From Promethearchaeati archaeon (GTDB lineage Archaea; Asgardarchaeota; Heimdallarchaeia; Heimdallarchaeales; Heimdallarchaeaceae), in assembly GCA_013166775.1 (NCBI GenBank), contig JABLTJ010000002.1, positions 32,001 through 96,000 of the forward strand: 64,000 nucleotides of DNA, given 5' to 3'. The stretch's first letter is position 1, and the number at the start of each line of letters is the position of its first letter. This document shows positions 1 through 10,335 of this stretch, piece by piece. A program made the translations under genes and the position numbers. The notes beneath the pieces are model-generated. The model was not told the origin of the DNA and did not search any database. It worked only from the letters and a program-made list of their open reading frames with translations.

Positions 1-28
1 TAATTTTAAACAAAAAAAAGGAGAAAAT

Positions 29-1135
29 TTAGAAGCTTATAGCTTGTATTTTTCCTAGATATTTTACTACGGTTCCATATAATCCAATTATGGTTCCTAT
101 GCCTGAATAAACAAACATAACATACTTGTGCCATTTTGATAAGTTGAAACCGAACATTGCTTCGTATTTTCTTTTGTATATTCTCATTGGAATATTTACT
201 GCTTTCAGAACGGTGTAATTTTGTTCGAATTCTATTCGTAGAACATTCATTATGTCTGTTGTCCATCTTGTAGGTGTAATATAAAATTCCACAATAATCT
301 CTTCATCTTCTGGATTGAAGTATGTTGTTCTTTGAGCAGGAGCTATTACAGCTACATTTCCAATCGCAATTGGTCTGATAATCAAACCACCTTCTGCTAA
401 TCCACTTATCCTTGTTGTTGCTTCGACTACTTTTTCTCCTAGTTTTGAAACTGTAAGAGAGAAATATTCTGCTTCTTTCTTATCTAATTCTAAATCCCTC
501 AGAGCGAGTTCTTCTTCGAACTCTTCAGCTTTAATCAGAGTGATTTTTAGTCTGAACACTTCTTCTAAACACATGTTCTTTGGTAATTGAATTGAAAGAT
601 CTCGTGAATGACCCTGTTCTTCAACAATTACAGGTTTAGCTTCGTCAGCTATTTCTCTTTCAACCTCATCAGCAGGTTCAAGTGTAGATTCAGCATACAT
701 TTCAACTTCTTCTTCATCAGCCATTTCAGGTTCCCAAGTTTCATCCTTTTTCTCAGGAGGAGGACCACCACCAGTAAGAGCATCTTCAAACAATTCTTCT
801 TTGTATTCTCCAGGTGGACCAGCTTCTATGTCAGTAGGATCTATTGCTTTTTCCCTTCTTGAGACCATTTTTTCTTTTCTCTTAGCTTTTGGTTTTTCAT
901 CATAATAGTCATCATCGTAAGATGGGGGAGGAGGTGCTGGAGAAGGTAAGGACCTACTAGCCGCTGCTCTTCTACCTTTCTTTCTATCTAGTCTAGATAA
1001 AATAGGTCGCGATCTGGGTCGTATAATCCTATCACCAAAATCAATTTTTCTTGCAGAAATACTTATGATTATTGCTAAGATACTTGTTAGAAACAAAATT
1101 ATCGCAGCAATTAACCAACCAATTCCGTCAGCCAT
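29..1135 (-). CDS. Hypothetical membrane protein (N-terminal TM, Pro/acidic disordered linker, beta-rich domain, C-terminal TM)
   Basis: 368-aa ORF; hydrophobic N-terminus (WLIAAIILFLTSILAIII), PSPAPPPP and Glu/Asp-rich linker, C-terminal hydrophobic segment. Confidence 0.75.
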   Translation of the reverse strand: MADGIGWLIAAIILFLTSILAIIISISARKIDFGDRIIRPRSRPILSRLDRKKGRRAAASRSLPSPAPPPPSYDDDYYDEKPKAKRKEKMVSRREKAIDPTDIEAGPPGEYKEELFEDALTGGGPPPEKKDETWEPEMADEEEVEMYAESTLEPADEVEREIADEAKPVIVEEQGHSRDLSIQLPKNMCLEEVFRLKITLIKAEEFEEELALRDLELDKKEAEYFSLTVSKLGEKVVEATTRISGLAEGGLIIRPIAIGNVAVIAPAQRTTYFNPEDEEIIVEFYITPTRWTTDIMNVLRIEFEQNYTVLKAVNIPMRIYKRKYEAMFGFNLSKWHKYVMFVYSGIGTIIGLYGTVVKYLGKIQAISF

Positions 1136-1242
1136 AAAGCATTATCAACTCAGTTTTAAATAAGTATTTTGGCTAAATTTGAACCATAGAACATCTAATT
1201 TGTATGCATAAAGCTTTTACATTATATGGTTTTTTTCTAGAT

Positions 1243-2145
1243 ATGATTAAAATTGCAAGTATTCAAATTGCTCCAGTTTTTCTAGATGCACAGAAAACTT
1301 GGAAAAAATTGGAACAAAAGATTATTGAAGCTAAGTCAAATAGTGCTGAATTAGTTACTTGGGGAGAAACATTGATTCCTGGATATCCGATATGGGTATC
1401 ACCTTCAGGAGGAGCTAGATTTAATGACAAAGATCAAAAGAAAGTATACGCTAAATATTGGGAAGAAGCTATTAAATTGAATAACAGTAAAATAATTGAA
1501 GAAATGAAACAGTTAGCTAAGAAATTAGAGATTATGTTCATGGGGGGAATTGCTGAAAAGGAAAGCGGTTCAATTTACTGTACATTATTAACTATAGGTC
1601 CAGATGGGGAGATTAAAGGTCGTCATCGTAAACTAAAACCTACCTATGAAGAAAGGTTAGTTTGGGCGGATGGAGATAGATTAGGACTCAAGACTCACAA
1701 TTTAAAGAATATAAAAGTTGGAGGGCTAAATTGTTGGGAAAATTGGATGCCTTTAGCTCGAGTAGCCTTACATCTTCAAGAAGAAATCCTGCATGTAGCA
1801 GTGTGGCCGGGGAGTTTAAACTTAACAAAAGACATAACTCGCTTTATAGCCCTGGAGGGAAGATCTTGGGTAGTTTCCACATCTGGTTTAATAAGACCTA
1901 CAGATTTCCAGCATCTCGATGAAGATATTTTTCCAATGAAGCAAATTATGGAATCTCGAACAAGCAATTGGAAGAATGGTGGATCAATGATTGTTGATCC
2001 AACTGGAAAAATAGTGCAAGGTCCTTTAGTTGATGAAGAAGGAATTCTCTATGAAGATATAGATCCACTAATGGCAATTCAGGAAAGACAAAATTTCGAT
2101 ATTAGTGGTCACTATTCAAGATTTGATATATTTAGCAAACCATAG
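1243..2145 (+). CDS. Nitrilase / carbon-nitrogen hydrolase
   Basis: Catalytic triad motifs WGETLIPGYP (E), HRKLKPTYEER (K), LNCWENWMP (C); C-terminal FDISGHYSR; likely start ATG 1243 (MIKIASIQ). Confidence 0.93.
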   Translation: MIKIASIQIAPVFLDAQKTWKKLEQKIIEAKSNSAELVTWGETLIPGYPIWVSPSGGARFNDKDQKKVYAKYWEEAIKLNNSKIIEEMKQLAKKLEIMFMGGIAEKESGSIYCTLLTIGPDGEIKGRHRKLKPTYEERLVWADGDRLGLKTHNLKNIKVGGLNCWENWMPLARVALHLQEEILHVAVWPGSLNLTKDITRFIALEGRSWVVSTSGLIRPTDFQHLDEDIFPMKQIMESRTSNWKNGGSMIVDPTGKIVQGPLVDEEGILYEDIDPLMAIQERQNFDISGHYSRFDIFSKP

Positions 2146-2171
2146 AGTAGGAAAAAAAGAAAAGAGAAAAA
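2146..2171 (-). terminator. Putative oligo(T) archaeal terminator
   Basis: T-rich tract on the minus strand immediately downstream of the 2172-2945 stop codon, between convergent genes. Confidence 0.35.
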
Positions 2172-2945
2172 TTAGGGTGTAAAAGTATACGATGAGAAAT
2201 GCGATAGTTCCACTATTTCACAGTTCAAATTTTCAATAGAAGTCCTATAGGTTTCACAGAATGTTTCTTCTTCTCCTGCTAAGAAATGAATTGGAATGAA
2301 ATAAGATGCATCGATAGCGTCAAGAGCAAAAACCACATCCATTCCTGCCATTGTTTGGCATCCAGGCCCGAGAGGAAGCATTGCTACATCAACTAAACCT
2401 GCAAGTTGTGTGTATTCGGGAATATTAGCTGAATCTCCAGCATGGAAGAAAGTCATGCTACCTGTATCAATGAGATAACTAGTGTAGTTATTTTCTATAG
2501 GATGACTCGAAGGAAAACCTCCCAAAGCAAAAGTATACATGTAAAAGCATGTTATTTCAACAGAACCAACTTTGAAACTATCCCCTGGAACAACACCTAA
2601 TCCATCATGGTGTGTAATGTGTGAGGTTAAATAAGTAGGAAAAACATTCAATGTATCACTTTTTTGAAGCAAATCGATTGAAGCTTCATCATAATGATCA
2701 CCATGGTCATGTGTGATTAAAATTGCATCTGCAGGAAGATCACTGTAATTGTCAGGTAAATTGATTGGATCAACATAAATACGTACTCCGTTAGCTTCTA
2801 TCATGACTCCAGCATTTTCCAAAAGGTTGAAGTAAATTGAATTGTCTCTAGTCAATAACACTGTTGGTACCGCTATTGCAGCTGTTACAAGTATTACACT
2901 CGAACTAATTATGAAAACTAATTTTGTTGTCTTTGTTAAAATCAT
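2172..2945 (-). CDS. MBL-fold metallo-hydrolase with N-terminal membrane anchor
   Basis: THDHGDH motif, FHAGDS, IPIHF; N-terminal hydrophobic helix. Confidence 0.9.
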   Translation of the reverse strand: MILTKTTKLVFIISSSVILVTAAIAVPTVLLTRDNSIYFNLLENAGVMIEANGVRIYVDPINLPDNYSDLPADAILITHDHGDHYDEASIDLLQKSDTLNVFPTYLTSHITHHDGLGVVPGDSFKVGSVEITCFYMYTFALGGFPSSHPIENNYTSYLIDTGSMTFFHAGDSANIPEYTQLAGLVDVAMLPLGPGCQTMAGMDVVFALDAIDASYFIPIHFLAGEEETFCETYRTSIENLNCEIVELSHFSSYTFTP

Positions 2946-3006
2946 AAATCTAATGAAAGTATAAGCACTTATATAGTTTCAGAGAAAAAAAATCAATAAT
3001 TCCTAA

Positions 3007-3534
3007 CTAGAGCCTTTTTTCAGGTATATTAACAGAATATCCTCCCTCTGTATGACCTTTTCTAAGTGCAAAGATATTGTACCCAACTCCATAAACATGA
3101 ACTTTAGGAGTTGGTATGATTTTCAGAAAGATATAATTCTCTGCTTCTTCTGAATCTAAATGCTTCGTAATCATTCGAAGAACTCGTTTTTCAGAAAAAA
3201 TTGCTAGTAATTCTTCATTTTGAAAGGGTAAGATTTCTACCTTTCCATTAATTGTTATTGTGCTTGAAGGAGCAAATCTAATATGATGATGAGGATATGT
3301 TATTATGAAAGAAACTTGAGGATTTCTTTTAATATTTTTAGCTTTCTTATATTTCGTAGATGTTACTACATATAAGGCAAATTTCGATTCAGTTGGAGAA
3401 ACTGCGTAAAGAACTCCTGTTGAATGAGGAGTGCCATCTTGATTAATAGTATTTATAATCCCAAAAGTCTTACTTCGTATCATATTTTCAATGAATGAAA
3501 AATCGATTTTTTTCTTTTTCATTACGCACACCAA
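3007..3534 (-). CDS. Pyridoxamine 5'-phosphate oxidase-like (split-barrel flavin/F420-binding) protein
   Basis: FGIINTINQDGTPHSTGV...KAKNIKRNPQVSF signature. Confidence 0.85.
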   Translation of the reverse strand: MVCVMKKKKIDFSFIENMIRSKTFGIINTINQDGTPHSTGVLYAVSPTESKFALYVVTSTKYKKAKNIKRNPQVSFIITYPHHHIRFAPSSTITINGKVEILPFQNEELLAIFSEKRVLRMITKHLDSEEAENYIFLKIIPTPKVHVYGVGYNIFALRKGHTEGGYSVNIPEKRL

Positions 3535-3642
3535 TATTTATTTATTAAGCTAGTCTGATGGGTAGATGTATTAATAGCATATAAAGCATATTGAGACACT
3601 CACTTGCTTAATTTCAGCTCAAGGTAATAGAAGAGGATTAAC

Positions 3643-5264
3643 TTGGATAAAGAAAAGAAATTACAGTTAGTTTTTATTGCTATTTTTTGCATTTCGATGG
3701 TTGTGATTATCTTATTTGGAGTATCCATTTATTTCTATCCAGGAGGGCATTGGCAAGATTCTTCCGCAGAAGGCTTCAACCTACTGTAAATCCTGTTAGT
3801 GACTTAGGTAGATCTACAGCTTATAATGGAGAATCAAACACTATTTCATTTGCACTCTATGCTAGCAATTTAACTTTGATGGCAATTATAGTATTGGCAT
3901 ACTACTCAATTATCTGGAAATATTTCCAGAAGAAAAAGTCAACAAAGTGGTTGAGCATATTTGGATCACTTTGCAGTATTGTGCAGTCAATTCTTTACCT
4001 AGGTATTGCATACTCACCAGCAGATACACGAATAACAGCTTATATGAAGTTCGTCTATTCTGGTCCAGCTTTTCTATTTGCAGCGATACTATGTTATACA
4101 ATTGTGTTCTTTATTGAGAAAGAGTTTCCAAGAATAAACGCTTACTCATATTTAGCAATGGTAGTTGTTACAATTCTACTAGTTACAGCAGTAATTGTGG
4201 GAACAATCTATGGCCAACCATTATATTCGATGACACGTCGAGGAGGACATACGATATTCATTTTCATTGTGACTTTCGCTTATGGATTGCTAGGAATCGG
4301 TGCTTATCAATACGAAAAGAAACGAGCACTTATTCAGGTAGAAAATTTAGTTAAGAAATATGATGATTTATTTGCTGTAAATGACATATCTTTGAAAATT
4401 AAAAAGGGAGAAATCTTCGCTTTTTTAGGTCCAAACGGAGCAGGTAAAACTACAACCATCGAAATACTTGAAGGTATAAGAAAAAAAACTAGTGGTAAAG
4501 CCTACGTACTAGGTAAAGATATCGACAAGAAGAAAGAACTTGATAGTATTAAGAAGGTTATAGGAACGCTCCCTCAGGAATTTAACACTCACCAGAATTT
4601 AACTGTCAAAGAAAATCTTCGATTCTGGAGTAAGATGTATGAAAAATCTCTTCCAATAGATGACCTAATCGAACTAGTTAAACTTACAGACAAGGCTAAA
4701 GTGCGATACAAGAACCTTTCAGGGGGATTGAAAAGAAGACTAGGGATTGCTATTTCACTAGTCAATGATCCAGAATTGGTTTTCTTAGATGAGCCTACAA
4801 CAGGATTAGATCCTCGAGCTAGGAGAGAGACTTGGGAAGTGGTAGAGAACTTGAAGAAACAAGGAAAGACCATTTTCTTAACAACTCATTATATGGAAGA
4901 AGCACAGGTCTTAGCAGATACAGTAGCAATTATTCATAAGGGAGATATTATTGATATTGGAACTCCAACACAATTAATAGATAAGCATGGAGGGGATAAC
5001 AAGGTTGTTGTTCGATGTAACAATCAAGAAGTACGCGATCAGATATACAGTATTCTCTTTGAATTAGGTCCAGCAGAGAATGAAGATGGAGACATTGTTA
5101 TTTCCTCAAAAAGAGGTGGTTTATCTAAAGTAGTTGACTTATTGGATGACAATAAAATCCCCTATTCAGATATCATTTCTCAGAGACCTACTCTTGAAGA
5201 TGTATTCTTGACCTTAACAGGTGAAGTGTTGATAGATACTAAAGAATTTGAAGCTCCAACATAA
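3643..5264 (+). CDS. ABC transporter ATP-binding protein with a fused DUF998-like N-terminal membrane domain; the membrane part carries a frameshift near 3785
   Basis: Walker A GPNGAGKT, LSGG signature, VFLDEPT, TTH. An upstream frame from TTG 3643 reads ...YFYPGGHWQDSSAEGFNLL* and continues after a 1-nt shift as VNPVSDLG in the long ORF 3687-5264. Confidence 0.8.
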
Positions 5265-5275
5265 GGTGTGATTAT

Positions 5276-6487
5276 TTGTCAAAAAAAAGAAACTATTTTA
5301 CAAAAATCAGGTTCAGCTTAAGAAAAATAATAGGGTATACAAGTACTACTGCTTTAACCTGGATTAGATCAGGACCTGCCTTATTCTTTACTTTCATTTA
5401 TCCAATCGTAATGATTCTTCTATTTGGTTATATATTCAGTGCTGGAGGGGATGACAGTTTATTTACTCTGAATTATATGAATGAAGATGTTTATCAAATT
5501 GGAGATCAATATTATAGTAATAATCCAGCATCTCAATTGCTATCGAAATTAGGTTATCAGAACGAAACTCTAGCGAAAGAACTGAATTTGAATCTTCAAT
5601 CAGTATTTTTTGATACTTCCCACATTTCTGCAGCTGATTGGATGAAGGAGAACAGTATTCCATATTTACTCATAATACCGGAAGGGTGGTCTTCTGCGGT
5701 TAATGAATCAAAAATTAACAGTTCTGCCCCTATAGCTAGTGTCCATTACTATTTTGATCCTTCTTATACAAGTTCTATAGAAGTGCAAACTATTATAGAT
5801 AGTGTTTTGCAAGAAATGAATTTAGAAGAGTTTAGCATTACAACATTTATACAAATCGAAACGGAGACTACACCTAGTAGAGAGGGATTAGAATATATTG
5901 ATTTCTATGTTCCAGGAATCATAATGGTAACAATCTCAACAGCTGGAATGATGGGATTGGTTGGTACGGTCACTGAAGACAGAGAGACAGGATTAACCTA
6001 CAAGCTCTCATCAACACCCTTGAAAAAATGGGAATGGAGTTTATCACATCTACTTTGGCAAGCAATTATGGGTATCATTGTAGCAATCTTAACAGCATTA
6101 ACAGGATGGATTGCATTTGGTTTCAATATGGCAACTATTCATCCTTTAATGATTGTTGCACTCATATTTGGTTCAATGACATTTTCTGGTCTAGCATTAA
6201 TTCTTTCATATTTTGTACGAAGAACTGAGGCAGCTATGGCAGTAACTATGGCTTTTGTTTTCCCACAAATGTTTCTTGCAGGAGCAATTTTTCCAGCAGA
6301 ATTGTTGCCAAGTTACATGCAAACAATCGCTAAAATATTCCCACTTTATTATATTAGTGAGTCACTTCGAAATATGATGCTAGAATCTACATTCCATAAA
6401 GTATGGTTGAATTTAGGAATAACAATAGCAATGGGTATTGTTTTCTTCATTGTTGGTTCTTTTATTACTAAATGGAGGAAGGAGTGA
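5276..6487 (+). CDS. ABC-2 type exporter permease
   Basis: FFTFIYP, YIDFYVPGII, FLAGAIFP, FPLYY motifs; about 6 TMs plus extracytoplasmic loop; downstream of the ABC ATPase. Confidence 0.92.
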   Translation: MSKKRNYFTKIRFSLRKIIGYTSTTALTWIRSGPALFFTFIYPIVMILLFGYIFSAGGDDSLFTLNYMNEDVYQIGDQYYSNNPASQLLSKLGYQNETLAKELNLNLQSVFFDTSHISAADWMKENSIPYLLIIPEGWSSAVNESKINSSAPIASVHYYFDPSYTSSIEVQTIIDSVLQEMNLEEFSITTFIQIETETTPSREGLEYIDFYVPGIIMVTISTAGMMGLVGTVTEDRETGLTYKLSSTPLKKWEWSLSHLLWQAIMGIIVAILTALTGWIAFGFNMATIHPLMIVALIFGSMTFSGLALILSYFVRRTEAAMAVTMAFVFPQMFLAGAIFPAELLPSYMQTIAKIFPLYYISESLRNMMLESTFHKVWLNLGITIAMGIVFFIVGSFITKWRKE

Positions 6488-6499
6488 GGAGGTAATAGC

Positions 6500-7759
6500 A
6501 TGACTGAACCAGATACGAAATCTCATTCTGTGAAAACAGAGAAAAAGGTTCTAGCTAATTTCAGTATAGCTCTGAAAAGGATAGGAGCATACGTTTCCGC
6601 TGCAGTTTTAGATTTTAGAAGATCACCTCTCACAATGTTCTTCACAGTAGCTTATCCCATTATACTCATATTATTGTTTGGAGCTATATTCTCTGATACA
6701 AACGCTTCTTTTACTTCCTATGAATTATATATACAGAGTGAAGGTGATGAAGGATTTCTGGTTCAACCTACTCCTCCAGTTTTTCTGAACTTTACTAATA
6801 CTCTAATAACAACAATAAGTGAAATTCAAACTAATGATAGTCAACCTCTTTTCGATGTCAAATATATTCCATTAAAGGATGAACAGAATAAAGCTATTGA
6901 TCCTGGAACTTATCTAGAGGAAGTAGAGGGGTACATTTGTCTATTAATTCCAGAAAATTTCACTCAAAAAGTCTTATTTAATTATCCAGTTGATCTAAGA
7001 ATTATCCTAGACAGAAACTCCCAATCAGCTTCCATTTCCTTAAGCATTATTAACAGTATAGTCTATAATTTCAATCTAGCCGTGAATAATTCTCAAACTA
7101 ATCTAGGAATGGAAACCTTTGATATTTATCTGGAAGAAGAAATAGAGTATTTTGAATTTCTTATTCCTGGAATAATCGGTATAGCTATAATGAATAATGC
7201 TGTCTTAGGAACTATTAATAGATACAGCTATTTCAAGAAGTTTGGTTTCTTTAGGAAATTATCCACAACACCAATGAAGAAAAAAGATATAGTTTTAGGA
7301 GAAACTGCTTGGCAGCTCATTCAAGGAATAATTTCAATAATAGCAATAATTTTCATTGCTTGGTTAGCTTTCAAACTTCCTCAAGGTGATTTTGGGTGGA
7401 TTGTAAGAGTTCTTGATTGGAAAATCATACCAGTTGCAATAGCTGGTGTAATGTGCTTTACGGGATTAGGGATGATAGGGGCTAGAATAGTAAATAATCC
7501 TGATGCTGGAACTGCTGTAGGGAATTTTATATCCTTTCCAATGATGTTTCTTAGTGGAGCTTTCTTTGATGTTTCAGGAGTGCCTGTTATTAATGTTATT
7601 TCAAAGATGTTACCTCTAACATACATGGTAGATGCTTTGAGAGCTTCTATGATAACGAATAACGTAGCAATAGCATGGTTAAATATTGGTATAAGTTTGG
7701 CATTTGGTGTTGGTCTACTAATGATAGGAATTTTACTAACAAAACTATCAGAAAGATAA
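6500..7759 (+). CDS. ABC-2 type exporter permease (paralog)
   Basis: YFEFLIPGII, PMMFLSGAFF, LPLTY motifs; GGAGG SD upstream. Confidence 0.92.
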   Translation: MTEPDTKSHSVKTEKKVLANFSIALKRIGAYVSAAVLDFRRSPLTMFFTVAYPIILILLFGAIFSDTNASFTSYELYIQSEGDEGFLVQPTPPVFLNFTNTLITTISEIQTNDSQPLFDVKYIPLKDEQNKAIDPGTYLEEVEGYICLLIPENFTQKVLFNYPVDLRIILDRNSQSASISLSIINSIVYNFNLAVNNSQTNLGMETFDIYLEEEIEYFEFLIPGIIGIAIMNNAVLGTINRYSYFKKFGFFRKLSTTPMKKKDIVLGETAWQLIQGIISIIAIIFIAWLAFKLPQGDFGWIVRVLDWKIIPVAIAGVMCFTGLGMIGARIVNNPDAGTAVGNFISFPMMFLSGAFFDVSGVPVINVISKMLPLTYMVDALRASMITNNVAIAWLNIGISLAFGVGLLMIGILLTKLSER

Positions 7760-7876
7760 TCAATTAATATTATTTCAACCCATATTTTTTTAAGAAGAGA
7801 ATACTTATTCAGTATTTTTAGAAAAAATATCGAAAAAAATTTGAATGTTCTTATAAGTGTTTGAATTAATTTCTAA

Positions 7877-8620
7877 TTGATGACACAGACAGATAGTCTG
7901 GTAATGAAAGGTTCGTCGAGTAAAACTTGCATAAAAATTAATTTATCTTATCAGCAAAAAGCAAAACGATCAACAATCATAATTATTTTCGGATGCTTTC
8001 TATTTTTTGTTTCAGGTATTTTAAATTTCACTGATGAATATCTTAGAGGTTGGTCTCTCACAAAACCTTTTCTGGGATACTTACTCTTTGGATTCACTGT
8101 AACTTGTTTAGTTCCAATTGCTATAGGTATTAAGGAAATTGTAACGATATCCTTTGCTGATTCATCGAGAAAATATGCTAAGCAAGCATTTCAATGGTTG
8201 CTTATTTATGCATTAACTGTACTTGTCAATATTATTGTAATGGGCTGGCCAATCATGGCAATTTTTGTATCAATAACAATTGTTTTTGCAAGAATATTGG
8301 GATTTTACTTCTTATCTAAAGCCTTCAAGAAAATAAAATACTTATCAAATCTCAATGTTGGAGGATTTTTGTACAATCTTTACGGAGTATTTTATGTCAT
8401 AATTGCTACTCTAGGAGGTTTAGGATCTTTATTTAGTGATGACTCCATAACAAACCTTGTTTTCATTTTTAATGGAATCATTGAATCAGTATTGATAATC
8501 TTGCTTAGTATCAAAATCGTATATGATATTTTATTGATTCGGAATTTCAAGATAAAGGGAAAAACAAAGGAATCTAGTATTCAAAAGATACTAGAGAGGC
8601 AAAAAAAGAGTAAATTCTAG
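7877..8620 (+). CDS. Hypothetical multi-pass membrane protein
   Basis: 247-aa ORF with about 6 hydrophobic segments. Confidence 0.7.
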   Translation: MMTQTDSLVMKGSSSKTCIKINLSYQQKAKRSTIIIIFGCFLFFVSGILNFTDEYLRGWSLTKPFLGYLLFGFTVTCLVPIAIGIKEIVTISFADSSRKYAKQAFQWLLIYALTVLVNIIVMGWPIMAIFVSITIVFARILGFYFLSKAFKKIKYLSNLNVGGFLYNLYGVFYVIIATLGGLGSLFSDDSITNLVFIFNGIIESVLIILLSIKIVYDILLIRNFKIKGKTKESSIQKILERQKKSKF

Positions 8621-8721
8621 AACAAGAAAGAGGATTTTCGTTATTAGTAAAATGATTAGAAAAAAGTTAAGATAATGAAAAATATATATTCTTTAGCCTA
8701 TAATTAACATTACAATTTCAG

Positions 8722-10125
8722 TTGGTAGATATGAACAGTCCAGAAAACCAAAAGAAAATGCAAGAAGAGCTTTTTGATCACATAGAAAATTTTTCAGAAA
8801 TATTAAGCAGAATAGGACACAAAAAACGAATCATTATTCTTGCACATCTTTTGGATGGACAAAAGAAATTTTCCTTTCTAGAAGAAAAAACAAATTTAAA
8901 AAAAACCGCATTGACTCATCACATTAATCTTCTAACAAGTTCCAAATTGGTAAACAAGATTGATAGAGGATTATATGAAATAAGTCAAGATGGGAGAGAA
9001 TTAATCCAAAGTACTTTAAGAACATATATCTCTTCATCTCTTCGAACATTAGAAATTGCTAGATCTCTTCAAAAACGATTCTTCTTTGATTATAGGTTGG
9101 ATGAAAGAATTACAAGTAAAATGAAACAAGTATCCAGCAACCCAGAATTTATACCACATCCTATTACTCTGATTGGAGCTATAGGAGGAGTGCTAAATTC
9201 TCAAGGGATTAAAATAACTAAAGACGAATTAGCAGGTGTTTCAGGATACTGTTTTCTAACAATTGTTAAGGAAAATAGTTTATGGGTAACAGCACCAGAG
9301 AGTCATTATTTAATTGAGTCTTTCCTCAAAGCTTTATCAAAGATGGGATGGAAATTCTCTCGGTACATTGATAGCGGTTCTTTACCTTCGGATGATGATT
9401 TCACGAAACCATTATCTGATGAAGATGAAAGAAGAGCTCGAAAACTTTTCAATTTAATTAAGAAAGAAATTGATAACGATACCCCAGTCATTCTCTGGGG
9501 GATTCCAGTACCTGAATGGGGAATAGTAAGAGGATACAAAGATGAAAACTATATAGTAAGTACTTATCGTCAGATGCAAGAAGAATATGGTAATCAAATT
9601 CCATATAATAAAATTAATGCTTCAGGAGCTGTGGTAGCTCTTACAATTGAAGATATTTCAAGAAGAAAAGAATACAAAATTGATTACAAAGAATCAATAC
9701 AGAGGGCAGTTTCAATTGTTAAAGAAAACAAATACGGATTTAATAGATACATAACAGGGCTTGAAGCATATGAAAGATGGGCTTCTTTGTTACTAAATGA
9801 AAAAGATGAAGGTACGAAATATTTTGGGAACGCATATCTTATTCAGTATTTTCTAGCAGGAAGAATAAGTGCAGTTAAATTTCTAAGAAAACTCAACATT
9901 AATTCAAAAGGAAAATCACAAGAAGAATCAATAAGTAGAGCCATCAAGGAATACCAAAAGATAGTAGAGGTTTATAAAGAATTAGCGAAATTATTTCCAC
10001 TTGCATATGGTGAGATTCTTGATCAACAAAAATGCATTAAAGGAGCTGAATTAATTAACAAATTGAAGAAATATGAAGAAAAGGGAGTTAGTCACCTTGA
10101 GCAAGCTCTTGAGAGATGGAAATGA
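8722..10125 (+). CDS. ArsR-like winged-helix regulator fused to a BtrH/peptidase-C39-like domain
   Basis: N-terminal GHKKRIIILAHLL...LTHHINLL...GLYEIS wHTH; downstream LAGVSGYCF...IDNDTPVILWG...EWGIVRGY. Confidence 0.7.
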   Translation: MVDMNSPENQKKMQEELFDHIENFSEILSRIGHKKRIIILAHLLDGQKKFSFLEEKTNLKKTALTHHINLLTSSKLVNKIDRGLYEISQDGRELIQSTLRTYISSSLRTLEIARSLQKRFFFDYRLDERITSKMKQVSSNPEFIPHPITLIGAIGGVLNSQGIKITKDELAGVSGYCFLTIVKENSLWVTAPESHYLIESFLKALSKMGWKFSRYIDSGSLPSDDDFTKPLSDEDERRARKLFNLIKKEIDNDTPVILWGIPVPEWGIVRGYKDENYIVSTYRQMQEEYGNQIPYNKINASGAVVALTIEDISRRKEYKIDYKESIQRAVSIVKENKYGFNRYITGLEAYERWASLLLNEKDEGTKYFGNAYLIQYFLAGRISAVKFLRKLNINSKGKSQEESISRAIKEYQKIVEVYKELAKLFPLAYGEILDQQKCIKGAELINKLKKYEEKGVSHLEQALERWK

Positions 10126-10335
10126 AAGAAGATTTCAATTAAATTATATTTTATAAACAAGGAATGTTTCAATAAATACTTGATCCAAATGCTAAACATA
10201 TTTTTCGTTCAACAGCAAATAATTTTGAATACTGAACAACATGGTATCTACTCCGTTTCTTTTTTTATAGCTTGCATCAAGAATTGAAACTATCTCGCAA
10301 ATATATTTTTAATATCATCTGAACAAAGCAGACTC

